Positions 1 through 8,806 of a stretch of DNA of 64,000 bases are shown here, in pieces (positions within the stretch are counted from its first letter, which is position 1; each line of letters begins with the position of its first letter). Source of the DNA: an uncultured Thermus sp. (GTDB lineage Bacteria; Deinococcota; Deinococci; Deinococcales; Thermaceae); NCBI GenBank assembly GCA_947085095.1, contig CAMTVD010000009.1:1-64000 (forward strand), read 5' to 3'. The notes under the pieces are model-generated. The model had not been told where the DNA came from and searched no databases. It saw only the letters and a list, made by a program, of their open reading frames with translations. Position numbers and translations under genes: made by a program.

Positions 1-564
1 AAGGAAGTGCGGGTCTTGGAACCAGGGGAAGAGGTGCTCCGCTACCGGGTCCTGCCCAACCTGAAGCTCCTCGGCAAGAAGTACGGCAAGCTTCTTCCCA
101 GGATCCGCGAGGCCCTGGAAAAGGAGGCCTCGAGGGTGGCTAGCCTGGTCCTGAAGGGGGAAAGGGTGCCCCTGCGTTTGGAGGACCAGGAGGTGGTCCT
201 GGAGCCGGAGGAAGTGCTCCTCGAGGCCCAGGCCCCCGAGGGGTACCAGGCCCTGGAAAAGGAGGGGTACGTGGCCGCCCTGGAGGTGCGGGTCACCGAG
301 GCCCTTCGCCTGGAAGGCCTGGCCCGGGACCTGATCCGCCTCCTTCAGGAGGCCCGGAAAACCATGGGCCTCAAAGTCTCCGACCGCATCCGGGTGGGCT
401 ACCGGGCGGAGGGGGCCTACCTGGAGGCCCTGAGGCGGCACGGGGCGTGGATCGCCGGCGAGGTTTTGGCCTTGGCACTGGCCGAGGAACCCCTCGAGGG
501 CTTCCAGACCGGGGTGGAGGACGAGGAGGGCAAGGCGGTCTTCTGGCTGGCCAAGGTGGGGTGA
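1..564 (+). CDS. ileS: Isoleucyl-tRNA synthetase, C-terminal part (5'-truncated by window)
   Basis: Open frame from base 1; [12 protein letters not shown] and [26 protein letters not shown] are typical of the IleRS type-2 C-terminal domain. Confidence 0.9.
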   Translation, partial: KEVRVLEPGEEVLRYRVLPNLKLLGKKYGKLLPRIREALEKEASRVASLVLKGERVPLRLEDQEVVLEPEEVLLEAQAPEGYQALEKEGYVAALEVRVTEALRLEGLARDLIRLLQEARKTMGLKVSDRIRVGYRAEGAYLEALRRHGAWIAGEVLALALAEEPLEGFQTGVEDEEGKAVFWLAKVG

Positions 565-573
565 GGCCGCCCC

Positions 574-635
574 GTTTTGGCCCGGGCCAGAATGACGGGC
601 CACGCCCCCGTGGGCATGGGGCCTCCTTGCCAAAG
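574..635. repeat. Intergenic hairpin repeat, copy 1
   Basis: CGGGCCACGCCCCCGT (596-611) is identical to 47578-47593; enclosed by TTTGG...CCAAA. Confidence 0.55.
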
Positions 636-685
636 GCGGCCCTATGCCCTATCCTGAGGATGGAAGTTTCCATGAAGCGCTTCCA
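627..685 (+). promoter_or_regulatory. Sigma-70-type promoter with overlapping LacI-family operator
   Basis: TTGCCA(627-632)-N17-TATCCT(650-655); palindrome GAAGCGCTTC (674-683) within ATGAAGCGCTTCCA, plus TGGAAGTTTCCA (661-672). Confidence 0.7.
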
Positions 686-702
686 CCCGGAACCCTGAGG
701 CC

Positions 703-1734
703 ATGAAGAAGAAACCCACCATCCACGAGGTAGCCGCCCGCGCTGGGGTGGGCTTGGGCACGGTGAGCCGGGTCCTCAACAACCACAAGGCGGTGCGTCC
801 GGAAACCCGGGCCCGGGTCCTTAGGGCCATGGAGGAACTGGGCTACACCCCAAACCCCCACGCCCGGAGGATCGCCGGAGGGCGGAGCTACACGGTCTCC
901 GTCCTCCTCCCCTTCGTGGCCACGGAGTTCTACCGCAGGCTCATTGAGGGGGTTGAGAGCGTCCTTCTGGAAAAGCGCTACGATCTGGCCCTCTTCCCCA
1001 TCCTCTCCAAGGCCCGGCTGAAGCGCTACCTGGAGAGCACCACCCTGGCCTACCTCACGGACGGCCTGATCCTGGCCTCCTACGACCTCACGGAGCACTT
1101 CGGGGAGGGCCGCCTCCCCACGGAGCGTCCCGTGGTCTTGGTAGACGCCAAAAATCCCCGGTACGATTCCGTGTACCTGGACAACTTCCTGGGGGGGAGG
1201 ATGGCCGGGGCGCACCTGGCCCGCTTTCCCGGGGCCATCTTCGCCATCAAGGTGGAGGAGGAGCCCGACCAGGCCTTCCGCCACACGGTCTTTAGCGAAC
1301 GCATGGCCGGGTTCCAAGAGGCCCTCCAGGCCTTGGGACGCCCCTTCCCCGAAGACCACCTCTACGTGACCCGCCTTTCCCAAGAAGGAGGCCGCCTGGC
1401 CCTGAGGCACTTCCTGGACAAGGCTTCCCCGCCTTTGAACATCTTCGCCGGAGCAGACCAGGTGGCCTTGGGGGTGCTGGAAGAGGCCGAGCGCCTGGGC
1501 CTCACCCTGGGGAAGGAGGTGCGGATCCTGGGCTTTGACGGCCACCCCTTCGCCGAGGAGGCGGGGCTTTCCACCATCGCCCAACCGGTGGAGGCCATGG
1601 GGGCGAGAGCGGCCCAGCTTCTCCTGGAGAGGATGCAGGGCTACGCGGGCCCCCCCCGGCAGGTGCGCTTTGAACCCGTCCTGGTGGAAAGGGCTTCCAC
1701 CGGCACGCCCCCGGAGGTCCCCTACCTCCCTTAG
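703..1734 (+). CDS. LacI/GalR-family transcriptional regulator
   Basis: TIHEVAARAGVGLGTVSRVLN HTH, YTPNPHAR hinge, sugar-binding domain (GFDG, LSTIAQP). Confidence 0.95.
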   Translation: MKKKPTIHEVAARAGVGLGTVSRVLNNHKAVRPETRARVLRAMEELGYTPNPHARRIAGGRSYTVSVLLPFVATEFYRRLIEGVESVLLEKRYDLALFPILSKARLKRYLESTTLAYLTDGLILASYDLTEHFGEGRLPTERPVVLVDAKNPRYDSVYLDNFLGGRMAGAHLARFPGAIFAIKVEEEPDQAFRHTVFSERMAGFQEALQALGRPFPEDHLYVTRLSQEGGRLALRHFLDKASPPLNIFAGADQVALGVLEEAERLGLTLGKEVRILGFDGHPFAEEAGLSTIAQPVEAMGARAAQLLLERMQGYAGPPRQVRFEPVLVERASTGTPPEVPYLP

Positions 1735-1743
1735 AATCCCCCT

Positions 1744-2187
1744 ATGCGGCCGGAAACCCTTATCCTCCCCTTGCGCCTGGTGATCCTCATGCCCGTCCTG
1801 GGCCTCCTCTTGGGCTCCTTCTATTTCGCGTACCACGCCCTCCTCGAGGCCCTCGCCGCCTGGCAAAGCCCCCTGGACGAAGCCCTGACCCGCCTGATAG
1901 GAGCGGTGGACCTGGGGCTCCTTTCCGCCGTCTTCCTCATCTTCGGCCTCGGCCTCTTTGAGCTCTTCATCCGCAAGCTGGACCTGCCCATGGAAAGCGT
2001 GCTCCGGGTGGAAAGCCTTTCCGACCTCAAGAGCAAGCTGGGCCAGGTCATCGTCATGATCCTGGTGGTCAAGTTCTTTGAGAAGGCCCTGGCCTTCAAG
2101 CCCAAGGAGGCCCTGGACTTCCTCCTCTTCGCCGGAGGGGTAACCCTCTTGGCCGGGGCCCTCTGGCTCGCCAAGGCCAAGGAGTGA
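1744..2187 (+). CDS. YqhA/UPF0114-family membrane protein
   Basis: Four hydrophobic segments; GLFELFI and SLSDLKSKLGQVIVMILVV motifs. Confidence 0.8.
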   Translation: MRPETLILPLRLVILMPVLGLLLGSFYFAYHALLEALAAWQSPLDEALTRLIGAVDLGLLSAVFLIFGLGLFELFIRKLDLPMESVLRVESLSDLKSKLGQVIVMILVVKFFEKALAFKPKEALDFLLFAGGVTLLAGALWLAKAKE

Positions 2188-2852
2188 TCGTCTACCTGGA
2201 CCAGAACCACGCCAGCCGCATGGCCAAGCACCTCCTGGGCCAGCGGGGACACGAGGCCTTCGGCAGGCTCTTTCTGGCCCTGCGGGGGAAAGCCTTGGCT
2301 CCGCCTTCCCCCTTCCACGTCCTGGAAACTCTCCATCCTGTGCGGGGCCCGGAGGAGAAAGTGGGCTACCTCCTTCCTGCCCTGCAAGAGGTCTTCGGGA
2401 CCCTTTCCCAGGGGTACTGGGTGCGTCCCTGGCAGGAGATCGCCAAGAGGCAGGAGCGGGGTCTCTACCGGGAGGACTTCCTCTGGCAGGGGGGGAGCTG
2501 GGAAGCTCCCGCGGACCTCGCCCCTTTCCAGGGGCTACCGGAAAGCCTCCCCGAGGACCTTCCCCTCCCCCAGCTCCAGGCCTGGGCCGAGGCGGAGATA
2601 CGCCGGCGTACCGGTCTCAAGGCGGTGCCCTTCGTCCGCCTCCTGGCCCATCTCCTGGCACAAAGCCGCAAGGACAAGGCCCGCAAGCCCCGCCCCTCGG
2701 ACCTCCTGGACTTCGTCATGGCCGCCACGGTCTACCCTTACGTGGACCTCCTCCTCACCGATCGCTACCTGCGAAACCTCCTAGGGGCCAAGGCGGTGGG
2801 GGGGCGGTGGAAGGAGGTGGAGGCCCTGGCCGCGAGCTTCCGAGGGCGGTAG
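2184..2852 (+). CDS. Hypothetical protein with PIN-like acidic residue pattern
   Basis: GTGA overlap with the upstream gene; motifs IVYLDQNH, HVLE, DLLD, LLTD. Confidence 0.6.
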   Translation: MIVYLDQNHASRMAKHLLGQRGHEAFGRLFLALRGKALAPPSPFHVLETLHPVRGPEEKVGYLLPALQEVFGTLSQGYWVRPWQEIAKRQERGLYREDFLWQGGSWEAPADLAPFQGLPESLPEDLPLPQLQAWAEAEIRRRTGLKAVPFVRLLAHLLAQSRKDKARKPRPSDLLDFVMAATVYPYVDLLLTDRYLRNLLGAKAVGGRWKEVEALAASFRGR

Positions 2853-2862
2853 ACTCGGGGGG

Positions 2863-3981
2863 ATGAGAGGCATCCAGGACCCCAGGCTGGTCCCCATTGC
2901 GGAAAAGGCGCTCGCAGGCGAGCGGATCACCTTCGCCGAGGGCCTCATTCTCTACGAGACCAAAGACCTCCCCACCCTCATGCGCCTAGCCAACCTGGTG
3001 CGGGAGAAGAAGCACGGCCACAAGACCTACTTCGTCCACTCCATCCGGGTGTCCCAGACCAACATCTGCTACGTGGGCTGCACCTTCTGCGCTTTCCAGC
3101 GGCGGTTCGGGGAGGAAGGGGCCTGGGACCTCGAGGTGGAGGAGGTGGTGGCCTGGGTGCGGGCGCGCTACCAGCCTGGCCTCACGGAGATCCACCTGAC
3201 GGCAGGCCACCATCCCAAGCGGCCTTTCCAGTACTACCTGGACCTGGTGCGGGCCCTGAAGGAGAGCTTCCCCGGGGTGCAGGTGAAGGCCTGGACGGCG
3301 GCGGAGATCCACCATTTTTCCAAGATCGCCCGCCTCCCCTACCGGGAGGTTCTTATGGCCCTGAAGGAAGCGGGATTAGACGCCATGCCAGGAGGTGGGG
3401 CAGAGATTTTTGCGGAAAGAGTGCGCAAAAAGATCGCCCGGGCCAAGGTCTCCGCCCAGGGGTGGCTGGAGGTCCACCGTACCGCCCACGAGCTGGGCAT
3501 TCCCACCAACGCCACCATGCTCTACGGGCACATAGAGACCCTGGAGGAGCGCCTGGACCACATGGAGCGCCTGCGCCGCCTCCAGGACGAGACCGGGGGG
3601 TTCATGAGCTTCATCCCCCTGGCCTTCCAGCCCGACGGGAACCCCCTAGCCCGGGAGCTGGGAAAGAAGGGGTTCACCACGGGGCTAGATGACCTCCGCA
3701 ACCTGGCCGTGGCCCGCCTTTACCTGGACAACTTCCCCCACATCAAGGGCTACTGGGCCACCCTCACCCCTGAGCTCGCCCAGGTCTCCCTGGACTGGGG
3801 GGTGACGGACATAGACGGCACCCTCATTGAGGAGAGGATCGTCCACATGGCGGGAAGCCCCACCCCCCAAGGGCTCACCAAAGAGGCCCTGGCGGGGATC
3901 ATCCGGGCCGCGGGCCGCCTCCCCGTGGAGCGGGACGCCCTCTACCGGGAGGTGCGCATCTGGGACCAGGTGGAGGCGTGA
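2863..3981 (+). CDS. mqnE: Aminofutalosine synthase (radical SAM)
   Basis: CYVGCTFC radical-SAM motif, MPGGGAEIF, ATMLYGHIE; adjacent to mqnA. Confidence 0.88.
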   Translation: MRGIQDPRLVPIAEKALAGERITFAEGLILYETKDLPTLMRLANLVREKKHGHKTYFVHSIRVSQTNICYVGCTFCAFQRRFGEEGAWDLEVEEVVAWVRARYQPGLTEIHLTAGHHPKRPFQYYLDLVRALKESFPGVQVKAWTAAEIHHFSKIARLPYREVLMALKEAGLDAMPGGGAEIFAERVRKKIARAKVSAQGWLEVHRTAHELGIPTNATMLYGHIETLEERLDHMERLRRLQDETGGFMSFIPLAFQPDGNPLARELGKKGFTTGLDDLRNLAVARLYLDNFPHIKGYWATLTPELAQVSLDWGVTDIDGTLIEERIVHMAGSPTPQGLTKEALAGIIRAAGRLPVERDALYREVRIWDQVEA

Positions 3982-4790
3982 ACTACCGCCTGGGCCTCCC
4001 CCCCTACGCCAACGTGGCCCCCCTGGCCCACTTCCTTAGGCCCGAGGGCTTTGAGCTGGTCCAGGCCCCGCCCACGACCCTCAACCGGATGCTCTCCGAG
4101 GGGGAGCTGGACCTCTCCCTGGCCTCGAGCCTGGCCTACCTGGAGCGCCAGGAGGCCTGGGGCCTCCTCCCCGACTTCTCCGTGGCCGTGCTGGGGCCGG
4201 TGTACTCGGTGAGCCTCTTCCACCGCGCGCCCTTGGAAAGCCTGAGGCGGGTGGCCCTCACCGGGGAGAGCGCCACCAGCGTGGCCCTCCTCCGCCTCCT
4301 TTTGGAGGAGCGGGGGGTAAGGCCCCACTACGAGCGGGCCGACGGGGAGCTTGAGCTTTTGCAAGACTACGAGGGGGTCCTCCTCATCGGGGACCGGGCC
4401 ATCAAGGCCTACGCCCGCCTCCTCCAGGACCTTCCCGAAACCCCCATGGACCTCCCCACCCGCTTCGGGAAGGTGGAGGTCACGGACCTGGCCATGGCCT
4501 GGTTCCGCAGAACCCGCCTCCCCTTCGTCTTCGCCGTCTGGGCCTACCGCAAGGAGAACCCCCCACCCAAGGAGGTGGTCCAGGCCTTGAGGCGGGCCCG
4601 GGCTCAGGGCCTGAGCCGCCTGGGGGAGGTGGCCCAGACCGAGGGAAAGCGCCTTGGCGTCCACCCCACCCTCCTCCTCCACTACCTCTGGAACTTCCGC
4701 TACCACCTGGAGGAGCCCGACCGCCTGGGCCTCAAGGCCTTCGCGGAGGCCCTGGGCCTCCCCTTCCGCCCCGTTTACTATCCCCAATAG
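3978..4790 (+). CDS. mqnA: Chorismate dehydratase (futalosine pathway)
   Basis: YANVAPL, GPVYSV, SATSVALL, LLIGDRA and LPFVFAVW motifs. Confidence 0.88.
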   Translation: MNYRLGLPPYANVAPLAHFLRPEGFELVQAPPTTLNRMLSEGELDLSLASSLAYLERQEAWGLLPDFSVAVLGPVYSVSLFHRAPLESLRRVALTGESATSVALLRLLLEERGVRPHYERADGELELLQDYEGVLLIGDRAIKAYARLLQDLPETPMDLPTRFGKVEVTDLAMAWFRRTRLPFVFAVWAYRKENPPPKEVVQALRRARAQGLSRLGEVAQTEGKRLGVHPTLLLHYLWNFRYHLEEPDRLGLKAFAEALGLPFRPVYYPQ

Positions 4791-4848
4791 TGCTTGACAG
4801 AACATAGCGCTTGGGATAGCGTAGCCTTGGGCCGCTGGCCCAAGGAGG
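4777..4848 (+). promoter_or_regulatory. Promoter of the yceI operon, with inverted repeat and RBS-overlapping hairpin
   Basis: TTGACA(4794-4799)-N17-TAGCGT(4817-4822); ACTAT-N5-ATAGT (4777-4791); hairpin CCTTGGGCC-GCT-GGCCCAAGG (4825-4845) overlaps AAGGAGG. Confidence 0.65.
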
Positions 4849-4854
4849 GTAAAG

Positions 4855-5391
4855 ATGCGCTGGAACCTGGATCCGGCCCACACCAGCATCACCTTCTTCG
4901 TGCGGCACATGATGGTAGCCACGGTGCGGGGAAGCCTGAACCTGAAGGAGGGCTTCGTGGAGACCGACGAGAAGGGGAACCCTCTCCGGGTGGAGGCCCG
5001 CCTGGACGCCAGGAGCATCTACACCGGCGTGGCCGACCGGGACAACCACCTCCGCTCCCCAGACTTCCTGGATGCGGAGCGCTACCCGGAGATCGTCTTC
5101 CGGAGCGAGAAGATCACCCCCCTGGGGGAAGGCCGCTACCGGGTGGAAGGGGAGCTCACCCTCCGGGACGTGACCCGGCCCCTAAGCTTTGAGGTGGAGA
5201 CCGCCGGCCCCGTCAAGGACCCCTGGGGCAACGAGCGCCTGGCCGCCCACTTTGAGGGCAAGCTGAACCGCAAGGACTTCGGCCTCACCTGGAACATGGT
5301 CCTGGAAACCGGGGGGCTTCTCGTGGGGGAGGAGGTCCGCTTTAGCGTGGATACCGAGGTGGTGGCGGCCAAGGAGGCCGTGGGGGGGTGA
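4855..5391 (+). CDS. YceI-family polyisoprenoid-binding protein
   Basis: [44 protein letters not shown]. Confidence 0.93.
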   Translation: MRWNLDPAHTSITFFVRHMMVATVRGSLNLKEGFVETDEKGNPLRVEARLDARSIYTGVADRDNHLRSPDFLDAERYPEIVFRSEKITPLGEGRYRVEGELTLRDVTRPLSFEVETAGPVKDPWGNERLAAHFEGKLNRKDFGLTWNMVLETGGLLVGEEVRFSVDTEVVAAKEAVGG

Positions 5392-5780
5392 GGATGGCCC
5401 CTCTTGGCCTCGGCCTCCTGGCCACGGGGATGGCCCTGGGGACCAACCTTCTCCTCTACGCCCTGGCCTGGCTGGCGGGCGCGCCCTTCCAGGTGGCCCC
5501 TCCCGGAAGGCCCCCCGAGGAGGTGGGCCTGGCCGCCGTCGTCCTCTTCACCGCCCTGCCCATGGCCCTAGGGTTCGCCCTCTACGTGCCCCTAAGAAGG
5601 CGAAGCCCCAGGGCCTTGCCCCTCTTCGTGAGCCTGGCCCTGGCCGTCTTCCTCCTGATGCTCTTCCCCCCCTTGGCCGCCGCCTCCGATCCCCGAACAG
5701 AGCTCGGGCTCATCGCCCTGCACGTGCCCCCTGTGGCCTTTTACCTGTGGGGTCTCGCCCGGATGGAGGAAGCCCTTTGA
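5388..5780 (+). CDS. Four-TM membrane protein (DUF6069-like)
   Basis: Hydrophobic helices, LIALHV near the C-terminus; GTGA-coupled to yceI. Confidence 0.65.
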   Translation: MRMAPLGLGLLATGMALGTNLLLYALAWLAGAPFQVAPPGRPPEEVGLAAVVLFTALPMALGFALYVPLRRRSPRALPLFVSLALAVFLLMLFPPLAAASDPRTELGLIALHVPPVAFYLWGLARMEEAL

Positions 5781-6535
5781 GGCGGCTTTTGGGGCTCACC
5801 CTAAGGGTGCGGGACCTGAAGGCCCAGCTGGCCTTCTACCAGGGCCTCCTGGGGCTTGGGGTGGAGGCCGACCCGCCCCGATACCGGCTCTTCCCTCAGG
5901 GGCGGGGCTTCTTCCTGGATCTGATCCATGACCCGGAGGCCCCCCTCCGCCCCTACCCCTCGGTGGGCCTCTATCACTTCGCCCTACTCCTGCCCCACCG
6001 CAAGGCCCTGGCCGGGGTTTCCCAGAGGCTTCTGGAGGCCGGGGCCCAGTTTGAGGGGGCCGCGGACCACGGGGTCTCGGAGGCCCTCTACTTCCGGGAT
6101 CCCGAGGGGAACGGTCTGGAGCTCTACCGGGACCGGCCCCAAGGGGCTTGGCCCCAAAGGGGCCCCCTCATGTTCACCGCCCCCCTCAACCTGGAAAAGC
6201 TCCTAGGGGAAAGCCCGGGCTCAAGCTCCCTACCCCCGGAAACCCAGCTGGGCCATATCCACCTGCATGTGGCCGACTTGGCCGAGGCCGAGACCTTCTT
6301 TTCTGGAAGACTGGGCATGGCCGTCACCCTGCGCACCTACCCCGGGGCCCTCTTTTTCGCCTGGGACGGCTACCACCACCACGCGGGGGCCAACGTCTGG
6401 ACGGGGAAGCGCCTCGCCCCCGAGGGGTCCACGGGGCTTGTGGGCTACGCCCTCGAGGCCCCGGCAGGGGTTCCCCCCGGGCTTTACCAAGACCCCACCG
6501 GGGTCCAGGTGCGGGTGGCCTCCCAAGCCCCTTGA
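5777..6535 (+). CDS. VOC-family protein (CatE-like catechol 2,3-dioxygenase/glyoxalase)
   Basis: GLYHFALLLP, DHGVSEALYFRDPEGNGLELYRD, GHIHLHV, YHHHAGANVW; TTG start at 5777 after GGAGGA. Confidence 0.85.
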   Translation: MRRLLGLTLRVRDLKAQLAFYQGLLGLGVEADPPRYRLFPQGRGFFLDLIHDPEAPLRPYPSVGLYHFALLLPHRKALAGVSQRLLEAGAQFEGAADHGVSEALYFRDPEGNGLELYRDRPQGAWPQRGPLMFTAPLNLEKLLGESPGSSSLPPETQLGHIHLHVADLAEAETFFSGRLGMAVTLRTYPGALFFAWDGYHHHAGANVWTGKRLAPEGSTGLVGYALEAPAGVPPGLYQDPTGVQVRVASQAP

Positions 6536-6561
6536 CGGCACCCTTCTCCCTGTCCTAAACT
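6532..6561 (+). promoter_or_regulatory. Promoter of the aroF-tyrA leader
   Basis: TTGACG(6532-6537)-N18-TAAACT(6556-6561). Confidence 0.65.
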
Positions 6562-6572
6562 TTGGGGCAACT

Positions 6573-6638
6573 ATGCCGACCTTTGGGTGCTACTACGGCT
6601 TTTATCCTCCCGCCGGGGGCGCCCTCGGTCTGGCATAG
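6573..6638 (+). CDS. Putative attenuator leader peptide MPTFGCYYGFYPPAGGALGLA
   Basis: 21 codons with 3 Tyr + 2 Phe among codons 4-11, directly upstream of a terminator and aroF-tyrA. Confidence 0.8.
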   Translation: MPTFGCYYGFYPPAGGALGLA

Positions 6639-6653
6639 CGGTTTTCCGCAAGA

Positions 6654-6684
6654 GGGCGCCCCCGAAAGGGGGCGCTTAGGTTTT
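6654..6684 (+). terminator. Attenuator terminator hairpin
   Basis: GCGCCCCC-GAAA-GGGGGCGC then TTAGGTTTT; the 5' arm can alternatively pair with 6614-6626 (13-bp perfect complement). Confidence 0.8.
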
Positions 6685-6695
6685 AGGAGGCGAGC

Positions 6696-7730
6696 ATGCT
6701 GATCGTGATGAAGCGGGGGTACACGGAGGCGGAGCTGGAGGAGGTCATCCAGGAGATCCGAAAGGTGGGCTACCGGCCCCATGTCTCCCAAGGGGTGGAG
6801 ACCACCCTGGTGGGGGCCATCGGCCGGGGGCCCACCCCGGAACTCATGGAGCACTTCCGGGCCCTGCCTGGGGTGGCGGAGGTCATCCCCATCTCCAAGC
6901 CTTGGAAGCTGGCCAGCCTGGACGTGCAACCCTTCCCCACGGTTTTGGAGTTTCCCACGGGGAGGACCGGGGGCGGGCACGTGATGGTGGCGGCGGGGCC
7001 TTGCGGGGTGGAAAGCCGGGAGCAGACCCTGAGGGCGGCCCGCTACGTGAAGGCCCACGGGGCCCAGATGCTCCGGGGCGGGGCCTTCAAGCCCAGGACG
7101 AGCCCTTACGCCTTCCAGGGCCTGGGGGTGGAGGGCCTGAAGATCCTGGCCGAAGCCCGGAAGGAAGCCGGCCTCCCCGTGGTCACCGAGGTCCTCTCCC
7201 CAGAGCAGGTGGAGCTGGTGGCGGAGTACGCCGACGCCCTGCAGATCGGGGCCCGGAACGCCCAGAACTTCCCCCTCCTCCAGGCGGTGGGGGAGGTGGG
7301 GAAGCCCGTAATCCTCAAGCGGGGGATGAGCATGACCCTCGAGGAGCTCCTCATGAGCGCCGAGTACGTCCTCTCCCGGGGCAACATGCGGGTCATCCTG
7401 GTGGAAAGGGGCATCCGCACCTTTGAAAGGGCCACCCGCTTCACCCTGGACGTCTCCGCCGTCCCGGTCCTCAAGAGCTGGACCCACCTCCCCGTCTGGG
7501 TGGACCCCTCCCACCCCGCGGGGAAGAGGGACTGGGTCATCCCCCTGGCCCTGGCGGGCCTGGCCGCCGGGGCGGACGGGATCATCGTGGAAACCCACCC
7601 CGAGCCGGAAAAGGCCCTCTCCGACGCCGCCCAGCAGCTCCACGAGGACGAGTTCGCCCAGCTCATGGAGAAGGTCCGCCGCCTCACGGAGGCCCTGGGC
7701 AAGACCCTGGCCACCCCCGCCTACCGATGA
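6696..7730 (+). CDS. aroF: DAHP synthase, class I-beta, with N-terminal regulatory domain
   Basis: AGPCGVES, GGAFKPRTSPYAFQG, QIGARNAQN, ERGIRTFE, VDPSH. Confidence 0.95.
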   Translation: MLIVMKRGYTEAELEEVIQEIRKVGYRPHVSQGVETTLVGAIGRGPTPELMEHFRALPGVAEVIPISKPWKLASLDVQPFPTVLEFPTGRTGGGHVMVAAGPCGVESREQTLRAARYVKAHGAQMLRGGAFKPRTSPYAFQGLGVEGLKILAEARKEAGLPVVTEVLSPEQVELVAEYADALQIGARNAQNFPLLQAVGEVGKPVILKRGMSMTLEELLMSAEYVLSRGNMRVILVERGIRTFERATRFTLDVSAVPVLKSWTHLPVWVDPSHPAGKRDWVIPLALAGLAAGADGIIVETHPEPEKALSDAAQQLHEDEFAQLMEKVRRLTEALGKTLATPAYR

Positions 7731-8806
7731 AACCCCTCCTCGCCAAAGTGGGCATCTTCGGGGTGGGGCTTCTCGGGGGAAGCGTGGCCCTGGGGCTAAG
7801 GGAGCGCTTTCTGACGGACGAGGTCCACGTTTACGACCAGGATCCCCTGGCCCTGGAGAAGGCCCTTTTCCTGGGGGTGGCGGACCGGGCCCACGCGGAG
7901 ATCGGCCCCTGGGTGAGGGACCTCTCCTTGGGCATCCTGGCCGCCCCTGTGGGGGCGCTGGCCGAGCTGGGAAGGGCTCTCGCCCCCTACGCCCATCCCG
8001 AGAGCCTCTGGACCGATGTGGGCAGCGTCAAGGGGAAGGTGGTGGAGGCCCTCGAGGGCCTCCTCCCCAACTTCCTGGGGGGCCACCCCATGGCGGGAAG
8101 CGAGCGGGCCGGAGTGGAGAACGCCCATGCGGGCCTCCTGCAAAACGCCGTCTGGGTCCTTACCCCCACGGAGCGGACCACCCCCCAAGCCCGGGAAGGA
8201 ATCCGGGGGGTGGTGGAGGCCCTGGGGGCGTATCCCCTTGAGGTCCCCCCCAGGCTCCACGACCAGCTGGTGGCCCGCATCTCCCACCTCCCCTACCTCC
8301 TGGCGGTGGCCCTGAACCGCCTGGTGGCCCGAAGCGGGGAGAGGGACCTCCTCATGTTCCTGGCGGCGGGGGGCTTCCGCGACCTCACCCGGGTGGCCTC
8401 GGGCAGCCCCCGGATGAGCCGGGACATGGTGGTGGAGAACAAGGAGGCCCTAAGGGAGGCCATAGAGGAGCTACGGGCGGTCCTCCTGGAGCTGGAAGAC
8501 CTCCTGGAGGAGCCAGAGGCCCTCCTAAGGGCAGCGGAGGAGGCCAAGAGGACCCGGGATGCCCTACCCATCGTGCGCCGCAGCCTCCTTCCCGAGATGC
8601 ACGACCTGGTAGTCCAGGTGCCGGACCGCCCCGGGGAGATCGCCAAGATCGCCACCGCCTTGGGGGAGGCCGGGGTCAACATCAAGGACATAGAGGTCCT
8701 CACCATCCGGGAAGAGGCGGGGGCCCTGAGGCTCGGCTTCGCCACCCGGGAGGAGAAGGAAAGGGCCAGGGAGGTCCTCAAGGAGGTGGGGTACCGGGTT
8801 CGCTAG
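7727..8806 (+). CDS. tyrA: Prephenate/arogenate dehydrogenase with C-terminal ACT domain
   Basis: GVGLLGGS, TDVGSVK, GGHPMAGSE, SHLP, GFRDLTRVA; ACT motif VPDRPGEIA. Confidence 0.93.
   Translation: MKPLLAKVGIFGVGLLGGSVALGLRERFLTDEVHVYDQDPLALEKALFLGVADRAHAEIGPWVRDLSLGILAAPVGALAELGRALAPYAHPESLWTDVGSVKGKVVEALEGLLPNFLGGHPMAGSERAGVENAHAGLLQNAVWVLTPTERTTPQAREGIRGVVEALGAYPLEVPPRLHDQLVARISHLPYLLAVALNRLVARSGERDLLMFLAAGGFRDLTRVASGSPRMSRDMVVENKEALREAIEELRAVLLELEDLLEEPEALLRAAEEAKRTRDALPIVRRSLLPEMHDLVVQVPDRPGEIAKIATALGEAGVNIKDIEVLTIREEAGALRLGFATREEKERAREVLKEVGYRVR

Noticed and set aside
649..1866. 405-aa minus-strand ORF, representative of many long antisense ORFs (e.g. 6555-7643, 28616-29770, 37154-38278, 59158-60231, 60842-62239)
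   Set aside because: Each mirrors a well-supported gene on the other strand, as expected from stop-codon scarcity at this GC content
6267..6572. 123-aa ORF 6267-6638 as a real protein
   Set aside because: Out of frame within the VOC gene; only the last 21 codons, downstream of the promoter, are credible as a leader peptide
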